In this document: positions 38,760 through 47,471 of the stretch, in pieces
Layout of the letters: each line of letters starts with the position of its first letter
Position numbering within the stretch: the first letter of the stretch is position 1
NCBI GenBank assembly: GCA_011364925.1
Contig: RDOA01000020.1
Location: forward strand, 1-55,391
Source of the DNA: Promethearchaeota archaeon
GTDB lineage: Archaea; Asgardarchaeota; Lokiarchaeia; Sigyniarchaeales; SOKP01
Length of the DNA stretch: 55,391 nucleotides
Reading direction: 5' to 3'
The notes under the pieces: model-generated
Told to the model about the DNA's origin: nothing
The model's database searches: none
What the model saw: only the letters and a program-made list of their open reading frames with translations
Program-made: the position numbers and the translations under genes

Positions 38760-39728
38760 ATGTCAGAAAATCAACCTTGGGTGGAAAAATATAGACCTCG
38801 CCGTTTAGATGATGTAGTTAATCAAAAAGGCATTATAAAAAGATTAAAACAGTTTATAAAGGACGAGTCAATGCCTCATCTTATCTTTGCGGGTCCAGCA
38901 GGTACGGGGAAAACGACATCAGCGTTAGCAATGGTGAGAGAATTATATGGTCGAAAAATGGCTATAAACACCACATTTCTAGAGTTGAACGCTAGCGACG
39001 CGAGAGGTATAGATGTTATTAGAACATATATTAAGGATTTTGCTAAAGCTAAACCTCCTGCAGATATATCGTTTAAGATATTAATTTTAGACGAAGCTGA
39101 TAATATGACGGCACCTGCTCAACAAGCTTTAAGGAGAACAATGGAAAAATACACGAAAAATTGCAGAATGATTCTAATTTGTAATTACTCTAATAAAATA
39201 ATACCTCCAATACAATCAAGGTGTGTCGTATTTAGATTTTCCTTGTTAAGCAACGAAGATATAAAAGAACGAGTAAAATTTGTAGCCAACCAAGAAAAGA
39301 TTAATGTTAGTTCAGATGGTCTGAATGCTTTGGTAGAGGTTTCTAAAGGGGATTGTCGTAGAGCAATAAATTACTTACAATCTTGCGGGACTATCTCAAA
39401 AAAAATTGATCAGGACATAGTTTTTCGCGTAGCAGGCGAGGTCCCTTCCGAAAAAATCCGCGAAGTCCTTCAAACCGCTCTTCAAGGACAGTTACAATTT
39501 TCTTTAAAACTTTTAAATGATGTTACAAGGGAATATGGCTTGTCCGGTGTTAACATTATTAAAAATATTTATCGAGAAGTCTATGATTTAAGCATTTCCG
39601 AGGAGTTGAAGATTAGCCTTTCAAAACTGCTTGCTGAATTTGAATATAGATTAAGTCAAGGAGGAACAGAAGAAATTCAATTACAAGCTCTTTTAGCTAA
39701 TATTGTTATGCTGAAGGAGTCGGAATAA
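38760..39728 (+). CDS. rfcS: Replication factor C small subunit
   Basis: PWVEKYRP, GPAGTGKT, ELNASD.RG, LDEAD, SRC; ATG 38760 preferred. Confidence 0.97.
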   Translation: MSENQPWVEKYRPRRLDDVVNQKGIIKRLKQFIKDESMPHLIFAGPAGTGKTTSALAMVRELYGRKMAINTTFLELNASDARGIDVIRTYIKDFAKAKPPADISFKILILDEADNMTAPAQQALRRTMEKYTKNCRMILICNYSNKIIPPIQSRCVVFRFSLLSNEDIKERVKFVANQEKINVSSDGLNALVEVSKGDCRRAINYLQSCGTISKKIDQDIVFRVAGEVPSEKIREVLQTALQGQLQFSLKLLNDVTREYGLSGVNIIKNIYREVYDLSISEELKISLSKLLAEFEYRLSQGGTEEIQLQALLANIVMLKESE

Positions 39729-40520
39729 TCTCGTTTTGGAAGCATGGATCTTCTCTTTTTCGCTAAAATACTTATACATTCTTTCCTTTGATTTCATATC
39801 TATAATGAATTGTATACTACTTCCGAAGCACACATCCCATAAAACCAAACCTTTCGGATCAGCAGGTCGGTAAGAAATCGTGTTACTCGAATCAAATAAG
39901 TCTAAAAAATCGTCGAGATTGATTATCTCTAACCCAATTTCTAGTATTTTCGCAACCATTCGCCTTATTTGTTGTCTTAAGAAAGCTCTGCTTTTAAAAT
40001 CGAATATTATGAAATTGTCATTAATATGTAAGGTTGCCAGTTGAAGATCTCTAATTGTTTTTTCTTCCTCTTTGTCAAATTTTGAGAAATTTTTAAAATC
40101 GTGTTTTCCTTCCAAAGCATTGCACGCCTTCTTCATGTTCTTAACATTCATTAACGTTTTTTCATACGGTGTAATGTATTTATAGTGCCTATATTCTGCG
40201 TTAAATCGCGACAAAAAATCTAAAGGAACTTCAGAGAAAGCCCAGATTCCTAAGTTTTTCGGTAAAACTGAGTTTATTTCCATCAGTATTGGCTCTTTTT
40301 TAGATATAAAAGAAAAAGCAGACCCTCGAGCTGATACAAATCTATCAGTTCTACTTGCTACCTCAAAACCGGATTCCTTTATATTATTTATATACTTTTT
40401 TTCTTGGAGGGCCGTTAATAAAATTTGTTCAATAGATCTATGATTAGGTTGCCGTTGAGAGCCATAATATTTTTTTGATCCAATGTAGAAGAATTTAAAA
40501 AGATATCTAGTATTTTCCAT
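39693..40520 (-). CDS. truA: tRNA pseudouridine synthase A
   Basis: G.QRQP, SRTD..VSA, G.HDF.NF, FL.QQIRRMV. Confidence 0.93.
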   Translation of the reverse strand: MENTRYLFKFFYIGSKKYYGSQRQPNHRSIEQILLTALQEKKYINNIKESGFEVASRTDRFVSARGSAFSFISKKEPILMEINSVLPKNLGIWAFSEVPLDFLSRFNAEYRHYKYITPYEKTLMNVKNMKKACNALEGKHDFKNFSKFDKEEEKTIRDLQLATLHINDNFIIFDFKSRAFLRQQIRRMVAKILEIGLEIINLDDFLDLFDSSNTISYRPADPKGLVLWDVCFGSSIQFIIDMKSKERMYKYFSEKEKIHASKTRLFRLLQHNNIS

Positions 40521-40711
40521 TTTTATAACTTTGATTTTTCGAAATACTTTTCTTTTTCTAATGAAAACATAATTTCAAACTAAATTAATATCGTGTTATG
40601 ATATTGAAACCAATTAATTTATCAAAAAATAATCTTTTAATGGAACTTAACATTTATATTTTTTAATTTCATTTGTGATTTTCAGCTTATCAAATTTAGT
40701 AAAGATATAAT

Positions 40712-43700
40712 ATGTCCAGAATTTATTCGTCATTAAAAAATTTAAGAGATCGCGCAAGAGCAAGCATTAGTATAAAACAATTTAATATCTTGTTCTTCTT
40801 GGCACTTTTTTTTGTTATTTTCTTAGCTATATATATTAGACTCTCTCCTATTGCGTCTGATAATTCCTTAATCAAAGCGTTCGACCCTTGGATTCAATAC
40901 TATAACGCGAATTATCTTTCAACTCATTCAATCTTTGATTATTTTCATTGGCACGACTTTAAAAGTTGGTTTCCACAAGGGTATAACCGAGCAAATCTGA
41001 GACCAGGTTTGACATTTACTGTAGTAGCGATTTATCAATTTATCAACTCAATTGGAATTCCTGTCTCTCTTTACGATGTTTGTTTTTATTTTCCCGCGTT
41101 TATGGGGGGTGCTTCAGTCTTTGCGATTTATTTAGTAGGAAAAGAGGCGTTAGATCGAAGATGCGGGCTAATAGCAGCATTCTTTTTGGCGTTTAATCCT
41201 GGATTCATGCAGCGGACAACCGCTGGATTTTTTGACAATGAAACTATAGGTGTTTTTGCAACATTAATGACTTTTTATTTCTTTATAAAAACAATACGAA
41301 CCGGTAAAATCGTCAATTCTTTCTTAGGGGGTCTATTTTTAGGTTATCTCTCCTTAAGTTGGGGTGGATTTAATTTTACTTATATGATACTTCCTCTTGT
41401 GTGTGGCATAATTATTCTATTAAAAAAATATACTCCAAACTTATTGATCGCCTATGTAGGAACTGAAGGTATAGGTTTGCTAATTTACGCTTTGAGTATT
41501 AAATTTCCTTATGGGAAATTCTTCACAACTTTAGAACTTGGAGGTATATTTTATTTTTCCATCTTTTTACTCGTGTTTCATCTATTATACACGCATCGAG
41601 ATAGTATTTCGCGATTTTACAATGGTTTGATAAACTTTATCAAATGGGGATTAATTCCTGGCGTTTTAGTAATAGCAGGAGTTATTTGGATTGCTCCTGA
41701 TCTCATTCCTTTTGGATTTGGAGCTAGACTGACGAGTGTTTTAAGTCCTATGCTCCGAGATTCTATAAGCATTGTAGCATCTGTAGCGGAACACATGCCA
41801 AGTTCTTGGAGTGTCTTCTATTATAATACTTTAATCCCTCTTATGCTTTTACCTTTGGGATTATTTTTCCTATTTAAAAGGGGAAATGTGGCAGATGTCC
41901 TTCTTTTAGTATTCTTAATTTTAATTTTCTATTTTACGGGTAGTATGATTCGTATTATCCTTTTATTTGCTCCTGCCGCTTGTTTAGTGGGAGCCTACGG
42001 CTTGGTTAATATATTAAAAATTTTTGGTAGCTTTTACGGAGAACAAAGAACGGGCGTAAGCAGAAAACGCAAACGCCAAGTAAAAAGAACAGTAGGGAAG
42101 ACTGAGATCGGTGCTGTCTACTTCATTGTAGGAGTGATGTGCATCGCGCAAGTTATGCACGCCTCTAACATTGCGGTCACCCAGTTATCTCAGAGTCAAA
42201 TCGCCCCTGGCGGGCAAGTTCACGACTGGGAGGAATCGCTAACGTGGATGAAAGATAATCTCCCTGGAACTACCGTTGTTGTCTCTTGGTGGGATTATGG
42301 ATATTGGATAACCCCAATTGGAAATATGACAACCGTGAACGACAATGGGACTGTAAACGAAACAAGAATAGGTTTGACAGGAATGGCACTGATGCAAACG
42401 AATGAGATTTATAGCGCAAAGATATTTAAACTGCTGAAAGCAGATTACGTGTTAGTTTATTTTGGGATGCTTTACTCAAATTTAGGAGGAGATGAGGGCA
42501 AATGGCCCTGGATGATTAGGATTTGCAACGATAATTACCAAACATATAAGGAATGGGGTCTGGAAGAAGATAATTGGGGTCCAAACTCAGTTTTCGTGGA
42601 GAGCGAATATTTTAACGATACGCTCCAAAGGCCTAACCCGAAATGGTTCCAAAGCCAGTTAGTAAAGTTGATGTTTTACGGACTTCCGACCAGTGCACCT
42701 GACGATCCAAATAACCTTAAATCCTTCATTGAATACTATCAAGCAGCAATCAATTCAAGACAAGATGCTCTAGGAAACACTTATGCATCCAATATACCAC
42801 AAAATGGACAATACGATTTTAATGTGTTTAAAGAGGCATATATTTCTAGAAATCAAATGGTTAGGTTGTTTAAGATTGACTATACAGCATTGGAATCGAG
42901 TTTTCGGATTTTAAACCCCGAAGTATATGATTCTGGTTATAGCACCTTCAAACTTAAGAACACTGGAACAAAAAACTTAACAATTACAAGCGTCAAAATA
43001 AACGGTCAAAGTTATTCGTTTAATCTGGGTAAAGGAGTTAATACAAATCAACTAAACGTAGACGATGAAGATTTAGTATGGGTAGATTATAAATCTGGTG
43101 GAACATCTTTCAACACAAACGATGTCGTTAATATTGAAGTTGAAGCAGAATCAGTAGGAATCGATAATTCGCCTTATACATTTTCAAACGACACGAGTAA
43201 TTTATTTGTAAAAGAAGCGACTAAAGGAGATATTCGAATTAGTAAGCCAGATAGCCAAATAGTTCATGTATCCAACGATTTAAGCGAAATCTATCTTAAA
43301 GTGCAAAATGTTGGGCTTAGAACAGTGATCCTAAAAGACTTTTATGTTAATACTAGAAGTAATATTCTTGATGATGTCACATATCTTTCTGGATCTTCTA
43401 TATTAGAAGCGGGTCAAAGTGCTTCTGTAAAAATTAACTATATGGACTATTCAAATTATCAAAATTTTACGAAGTATTTCAAAATTGGAGTCATCACGCC
43501 TAATAACATTACGGATGAGCTGTTGTTAGCTTCAAATTACGAAGATTATAAAATTTCAATGCTCCCTGAGACCAGAATTAAGTCTCCTGAAGCATCAATA
43601 CTTACTCAAACAGACTTTAGGAAGCACATCCCCATTAACTTAGATCAGACATACGCTTACACCTACGATAATGGTACAACTGTTGTAAATCTAGTGGTTA

Positions 43701-44587
43701 GAAACACGGGTGATATTATAATTGGACTGGATTCGGTCTATTTTAGAAACACAGGTGATTGGGTATCAGCTCTAGATTTTGATACTGTTTTCTTAATGGA
43801 AGGGAGTGAAACAAGTATACCCGTAAATGTACCAAGTGCAGTTGGCGATATCCATGTAAATGACGAGCTGGGAATTATCGTTACGGCGATCTTTGATAAC
43901 GAAACTAAAGCTGCTGATGTTGGATACGTACACACAATTGTTGACAGACCTGACATTCAGATTATTGAGTCTGTCGAAGATCAAATTGGAACATACATTG
44001 CTGCTAATGAAACCGGCAAAATTCTAATTAAAAATACTGGTGACGAAACGATTACTCTAGATAAAATTTTCCTCAATACTACAACTGAACTGGACTTCTC
44101 TAGTGACGTAGTCTTTGAATACGGAGATAAGACATTAGATATACAAGAATGCGCTTTAGTGTCATTTAACGTTACTGGATTAATGCTAAATGCTTCAAAC
44201 ACTCTAAATGTGAAAGTGACAACCAATACATCAGCTGAATTTGACTTAGATGTAATAGTTACTGTTGATTCAAATCTGTACAAGATTGATATTGACGATC
44301 CCGGAACAATTGCATCCAATACTGGTAATGTTGTGATTTACATTAAAAATACTGGATTACTTAATGTGACTTTAGATGCCGTTTATATAAACAACACATT
44401 CATTTCCTTAACCGAATTCATTATAACGAGTTATACAATAGAAACTAGCAACCCGATTCAATTAACAATTGCCATGACGAGCCTTGAAGCTATTATTGGG
44501 GCCGTTAATGTCGGTGATAAGCTAGAGATTTTGGTTCGGACCAAAGAAGGAGCAGAAGATACTCATATAGAAACCGTTAGAACCTAA
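40712..44587 (+). CDS. aglB: Oligosaccharyltransferase AglB/STT3 with extended C-terminal beta-sandwich repeats
   Basis: FDP, GFFDNE, SVAEH, WWDYG, DN.T, DEGKWPWMIRI; multi-TM N-terminal half. Confidence 0.95.
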   Translation: MSRIYSSLKNLRDRARASISIKQFNILFFLALFFVIFLAIYIRLSPIASDNSLIKAFDPWIQYYNANYLSTHSIFDYFHWHDFKSWFPQGYNRANLRPGLTFTVVAIYQFINSIGIPVSLYDVCFYFPAFMGGASVFAIYLVGKEALDRRCGLIAAFFLAFNPGFMQRTTAGFFDNETIGVFATLMTFYFFIKTIRTGKIVNSFLGGLFLGYLSLSWGGFNFTYMILPLVCGIIILLKKYTPNLLIAYVGTEGIGLLIYALSIKFPYGKFFTTLELGGIFYFSIFLLVFHLLYTHRDSISRFYNGLINFIKWGLIPGVLVIAGVIWIAPDLIPFGFGARLTSVLSPMLRDSISIVASVAEHMPSSWSVFYYNTLIPLMLLPLGLFFLFKRGNVADVLLLVFLILIFYFTGSMIRIILLFAPAACLVGAYGLVNILKIFGSFYGEQRTGVSRKRKRQVKRTVGKTEIGAVYFIVGVMCIAQVMHASNIAVTQLSQSQIAPGGQVHDWEESLTWMKDNLPGTTVVVSWWDYGYWITPIGNMTTVNDNGTVNETRIGLTGMALMQTNEIYSAKIFKLLKADYVLVYFGMLYSNLGGDEGKWPWMIRICNDNYQTYKEWGLEEDNWGPNSVFVESEYFNDTLQRPNPKWFQSQLVKLMFYGLPTSAPDDPNNLKSFIEYYQAAINSRQDALGNTYASNIPQNGQYDFNVFKEAYISRNQMVRLFKIDYTALESSFRILNPEVYDSGYSTFKLKNTGTKNLTITSVKINGQSYSFNLGKGVNTNQLNVDDEDLVWVDYKSGGTSFNTNDVVNIEVEAESVGIDNSPYTFSNDTSNLFVKEATKGDIRISKPDSQIVHVSNDLSEIYLKVQNVGLRTVILKDFYVNTRSNILDDVTYLSGSSILEAGQSASVKINYMDYSNYQNFTKYFKIGVITPNNITDELLLASNYEDYKISMLPETRIKSPEASILTQTDFRKHIPINLDQTYAYTYDNGTTVVNLVVRNTGDIIIGLDSVYFRNTGDWVSALDFDTVFLMEGSETSIPVNVPSAVGDIHVNDELGIIVTAIFDNETKAADVGYVHTIVDRPDIQIIESVEDQIGTYIAANETGKILIKNTGDETITLDKIFLNTTTELDFSSDVVFEYGDKTLDIQECALVSFNVTGLMLNASNTLNVKVTTNTSAEFDLDVIVTVDSNLYKIDIDDPGTIASNTGNVVIYIKNTGLLNVTLDAVYINNTFISLTEFIITSYTIETSNPIQLTIAMTSLEAIIGAVNVGDKLEILVRTKEGAEDTHIETVRT

Positions 44588-44717
44588 AAACAAATTTCTT
44601 TTATTTTTTTTCGTAAAAATCAAATTGAATGCAAGATTAAAAAATCTATAGACCAATCGTCTATAAATTATCTTTTATATCATTTCTAATTAGCATTAAA
44701 TTTTTTATCTTTAATAT

Positions 44718-46724
44718 ATGATATCTAATTTCAAAATTGAATCAGAATTTGTCCCTCGTGGAGATCAGCCAGAAGCGATAAATGCTCTTGCAGAGAATAT
44801 AAAGAATGGAAAGAGATTTCAAACTTTGCTTGGAGCAACTGGTACGGGTAAAACATTTACAATTGCAAATATGATTGAGGAAATTCAAAAGCCAACCTTA
44901 GTCATGGCGCCAAACAAAACCCTCGCAGCACAGTTGTACAACGAGCTTAAAGAACTATTTCCTAACAACGCGGTCCATTACTTCGTAAGTTATTACGATT
45001 ATTATCAACCCGAAAGCTATATGCCAATCACTGGGTTATATATTGAGAAAGATTTTAGCGTAAATGAAGAAATTGAAAGGCTTAGGTTAGCAGCAACTCA
45101 TGCAATAAGAACGAGAAATGATGTTATAATAGTAGCGACTGTGTCATGCATTTATGGAATTGGGGATCCTAAAATTTGGACAGCCATTTCTCTGGACCTT
45201 GAAGTGGGTCAGACAATTAAAAGAAATGAAATTCTAAAAAGATTAATTTTAATGAATTACGAACGAAAGGATATTGAATTTAAACCAGGGATAGTGAGGG
45301 TTCGGGGAGACATTATAGATGTCTTTCCTGCATACTTAGATACTGCTATTCGCATATCCTTGTTTGGAGATGTTATTGAGTCAATTCAAGAAATTCACTA
45401 CATTACTAATAATATATTAAAAGATATCTCAAACTGTAGAATCTTTCCGGCTACTCATTTTATCATACCGGAGGAAAACAAAGAAGTTGCTTTAGAGACA
45501 ATAGCAGCAGAACTCGAAATCCAAGTAGAAAAATTTATGAAAGAGAAAAAATACGCAGAAGCGCAGCGAATAGAAAAAAGAACTAAGTTTGATCTTGAAA
45601 TGATGAAGGAAATGGGATGGTGCAAAGGAGTAGAAAATTATTCTAGACACCTAGATAGAAGACCCCCTGGTAGTGCTCCAATGTGTTTGGTTGATTATTT
45701 TCCAGAAGACTTCTTAATTGTTGTTGATGAAAGTCACGTAACGATTCCGCAAATTCATGGAATGATCGGTGGAGACCGATCAAGAAAAAAGAATCTCATA
45801 GAATATGGGTGGAGACTTCCATCTGCTTACGATAATCGTCCACTTACATTCGAAGAATGGGAATCTAAAATTAAATACATCGTATTTATGAGCGCAACTC
45901 CCGGTGATTGGGAGTTAAAGAAAAGTGAAGGTATCTCAGCAGAACAAATAATTAGACCAACAGGACTCGTCGATCCTTTTGTCGAGATACGCCCCGCCAA
46001 AAACCAAATTGACGATTTGCTTGGGGAAATAAGAAAAGTTATTTCCAATAACGGACGGGTTTTGATTACGACCCTAACTAAGCGAATGTCTGAAGATATT
46101 GCGGAATATTACTCCGAAGTCGGTTTGAAGGTCACTTATTTACATTCAGAAGTAGACACTGTAGAAAGATTCGAAATTCTTAGGCACCTTAGAGACGGCA
46201 CCCATGATGTATTAGTTGGAATAAATTTACTAAGAGAAGGACTCGATCTACCAGAAGTACAATTGGTTGCCATTCTGGACGCTGATAAATTAGGATTTTT
46301 AAGGGATACGCGATCACTAATACAAACTATTGGAAGAGCTTCGAGAAATATTGAAGGGAAAGCAATTTTATACGCCGATAAAACGACTTCTGCCATGAAA
46401 GAAGCAATTGAAGAAACTAATAGAAGAAGGAAAAAACAGATAGAATATAATGAGCTTAATAAGATCACACCTCAAACTGTAAAAAAGAACATTTTAAGTT
46501 CACTTTCAGAAGAACAAGAGTTGAAGGAAAAGGAAACTAAGAAATTAAAGCGAAATATTAAAGATAAGATTGATGAGTTAGAAAAACAAGGAGATCAGGA
46601 AGCAATCGTCCAATATCTCGAGAATAAAATGTTCTTAGCGGCTAAAGAACTTAGATTCGAAGATGCTGCGTTCTTGAGAGATAAAATAAGGGATTTAAAG
46701 AAGGACTACAATTTTAAACAGTGA
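44718..46724 (+). CDS. uvrB: Excinuclease ABC subunit B
   Basis: GATGTGKT, YYDYYQPE, DESH, GINLLREGLD, QTIGRA.RN, C-terminal UVR motif. Confidence 0.98.
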   Translation: MISNFKIESEFVPRGDQPEAINALAENIKNGKRFQTLLGATGTGKTFTIANMIEEIQKPTLVMAPNKTLAAQLYNELKELFPNNAVHYFVSYYDYYQPESYMPITGLYIEKDFSVNEEIERLRLAATHAIRTRNDVIIVATVSCIYGIGDPKIWTAISLDLEVGQTIKRNEILKRLILMNYERKDIEFKPGIVRVRGDIIDVFPAYLDTAIRISLFGDVIESIQEIHYITNNILKDISNCRIFPATHFIIPEENKEVALETIAAELEIQVEKFMKEKKYAEAQRIEKRTKFDLEMMKEMGWCKGVENYSRHLDRRPPGSAPMCLVDYFPEDFLIVVDESHVTIPQIHGMIGGDRSRKKNLIEYGWRLPSAYDNRPLTFEEWESKIKYIVFMSATPGDWELKKSEGISAEQIIRPTGLVDPFVEIRPAKNQIDDLLGEIRKVISNNGRVLITTLTKRMSEDIAEYYSEVGLKVTYLHSEVDTVERFEILRHLRDGTHDVLVGINLLREGLDLPEVQLVAILDADKLGFLRDTRSLIQTIGRASRNIEGKAILYADKTTSAMKEAIEETNRRRKKQIEYNELNKITPQTVKKNILSSLSEEQELKEKETKKLKRNIKDKIDELEKQGDQEAIVQYLENKMFLAAKELRFEDAAFLRDKIRDLKKDYNFKQ

Positions 46725-46751
46725 AATTTTTCATTTTTAGAATTTCTACTA

Positions 46752-47219
46752 TTATATATTCAAGGCTTTCTCTTTCCTATTTCTTGCTTTTATTACAAAC
46801 TCCTTAATTTGAGTTGGTAATTGATCATTTTGCCAGTTTTTCTCATCTTCAATAGATTTACCCACACCTTTAACCGCTTTTAATGCGTAAAACGCAGCAC
46901 CTAGTGAATGATCAGCCATATGGGCTGTTGCTACAGCATGTCCAACTGAACGTGCTATCGCTATCGAAGTCGGATTGGAAGATTCTCTTGCAACCGAGTG
47001 TGCTCCTAAAGAAGCATTTCTTGCTTCTCCTACTAAAGCGTTTCCTTTTATCCATTCCTTAGCCACCGTGAGAGCATCGATTAGTCGCTCATCAATTTCT
47101 TTTCCGGCGAGATATAGTACATGTTCAGCGCAATCGCAACCCCACTGCATTAATTGCCGGTGTTGTTCCTTCCTTAGTACTCCACCACGATGTTCTGCTA
47201 CAAATTTTTTATCTCGCAT
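46752..47219 (-). CDS. Imm5-like putative immunity / helical-repeat protein
   Basis: W..DCAEHVL, AH..AR, AR..GHAVATAHMADH, E..WQ...LP. Confidence 0.7.
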   Translation of the reverse strand: MRDKKFVAEHRGGVLRKEQHRQLMQWGCDCAEHVLYLAGKEIDERLIDALTVAKEWIKGNALVGEARNASLGAHSVARESSNPTSIAIARSVGHAVATAHMADHSLGAAFYALKAVKGVGKSIEDEKNWQNDQLPTQIKEFVIKARNRKEKALNI

Positions 47220-47471
47220 TATTTTAAATTTTAGAATTTTACATTAGGATGTATTTAGTCATTAAACCGTTAAATTTAATCTAATTTAAAGCTTAATTAA
47301 CCTATTAATAATTTGCTTTGATTATTAATATTTCTTTGACATCTCCAATCAATTTTAGCGCATTTTTAGAAAATCAACAGTCTTTTGGAGCAATAATAAG
47401 AATTTTAACGATTATAAAATAACACCATGAAATTTTTGTTTTATAAAATATTATAATATTTAGTTGTAAAC

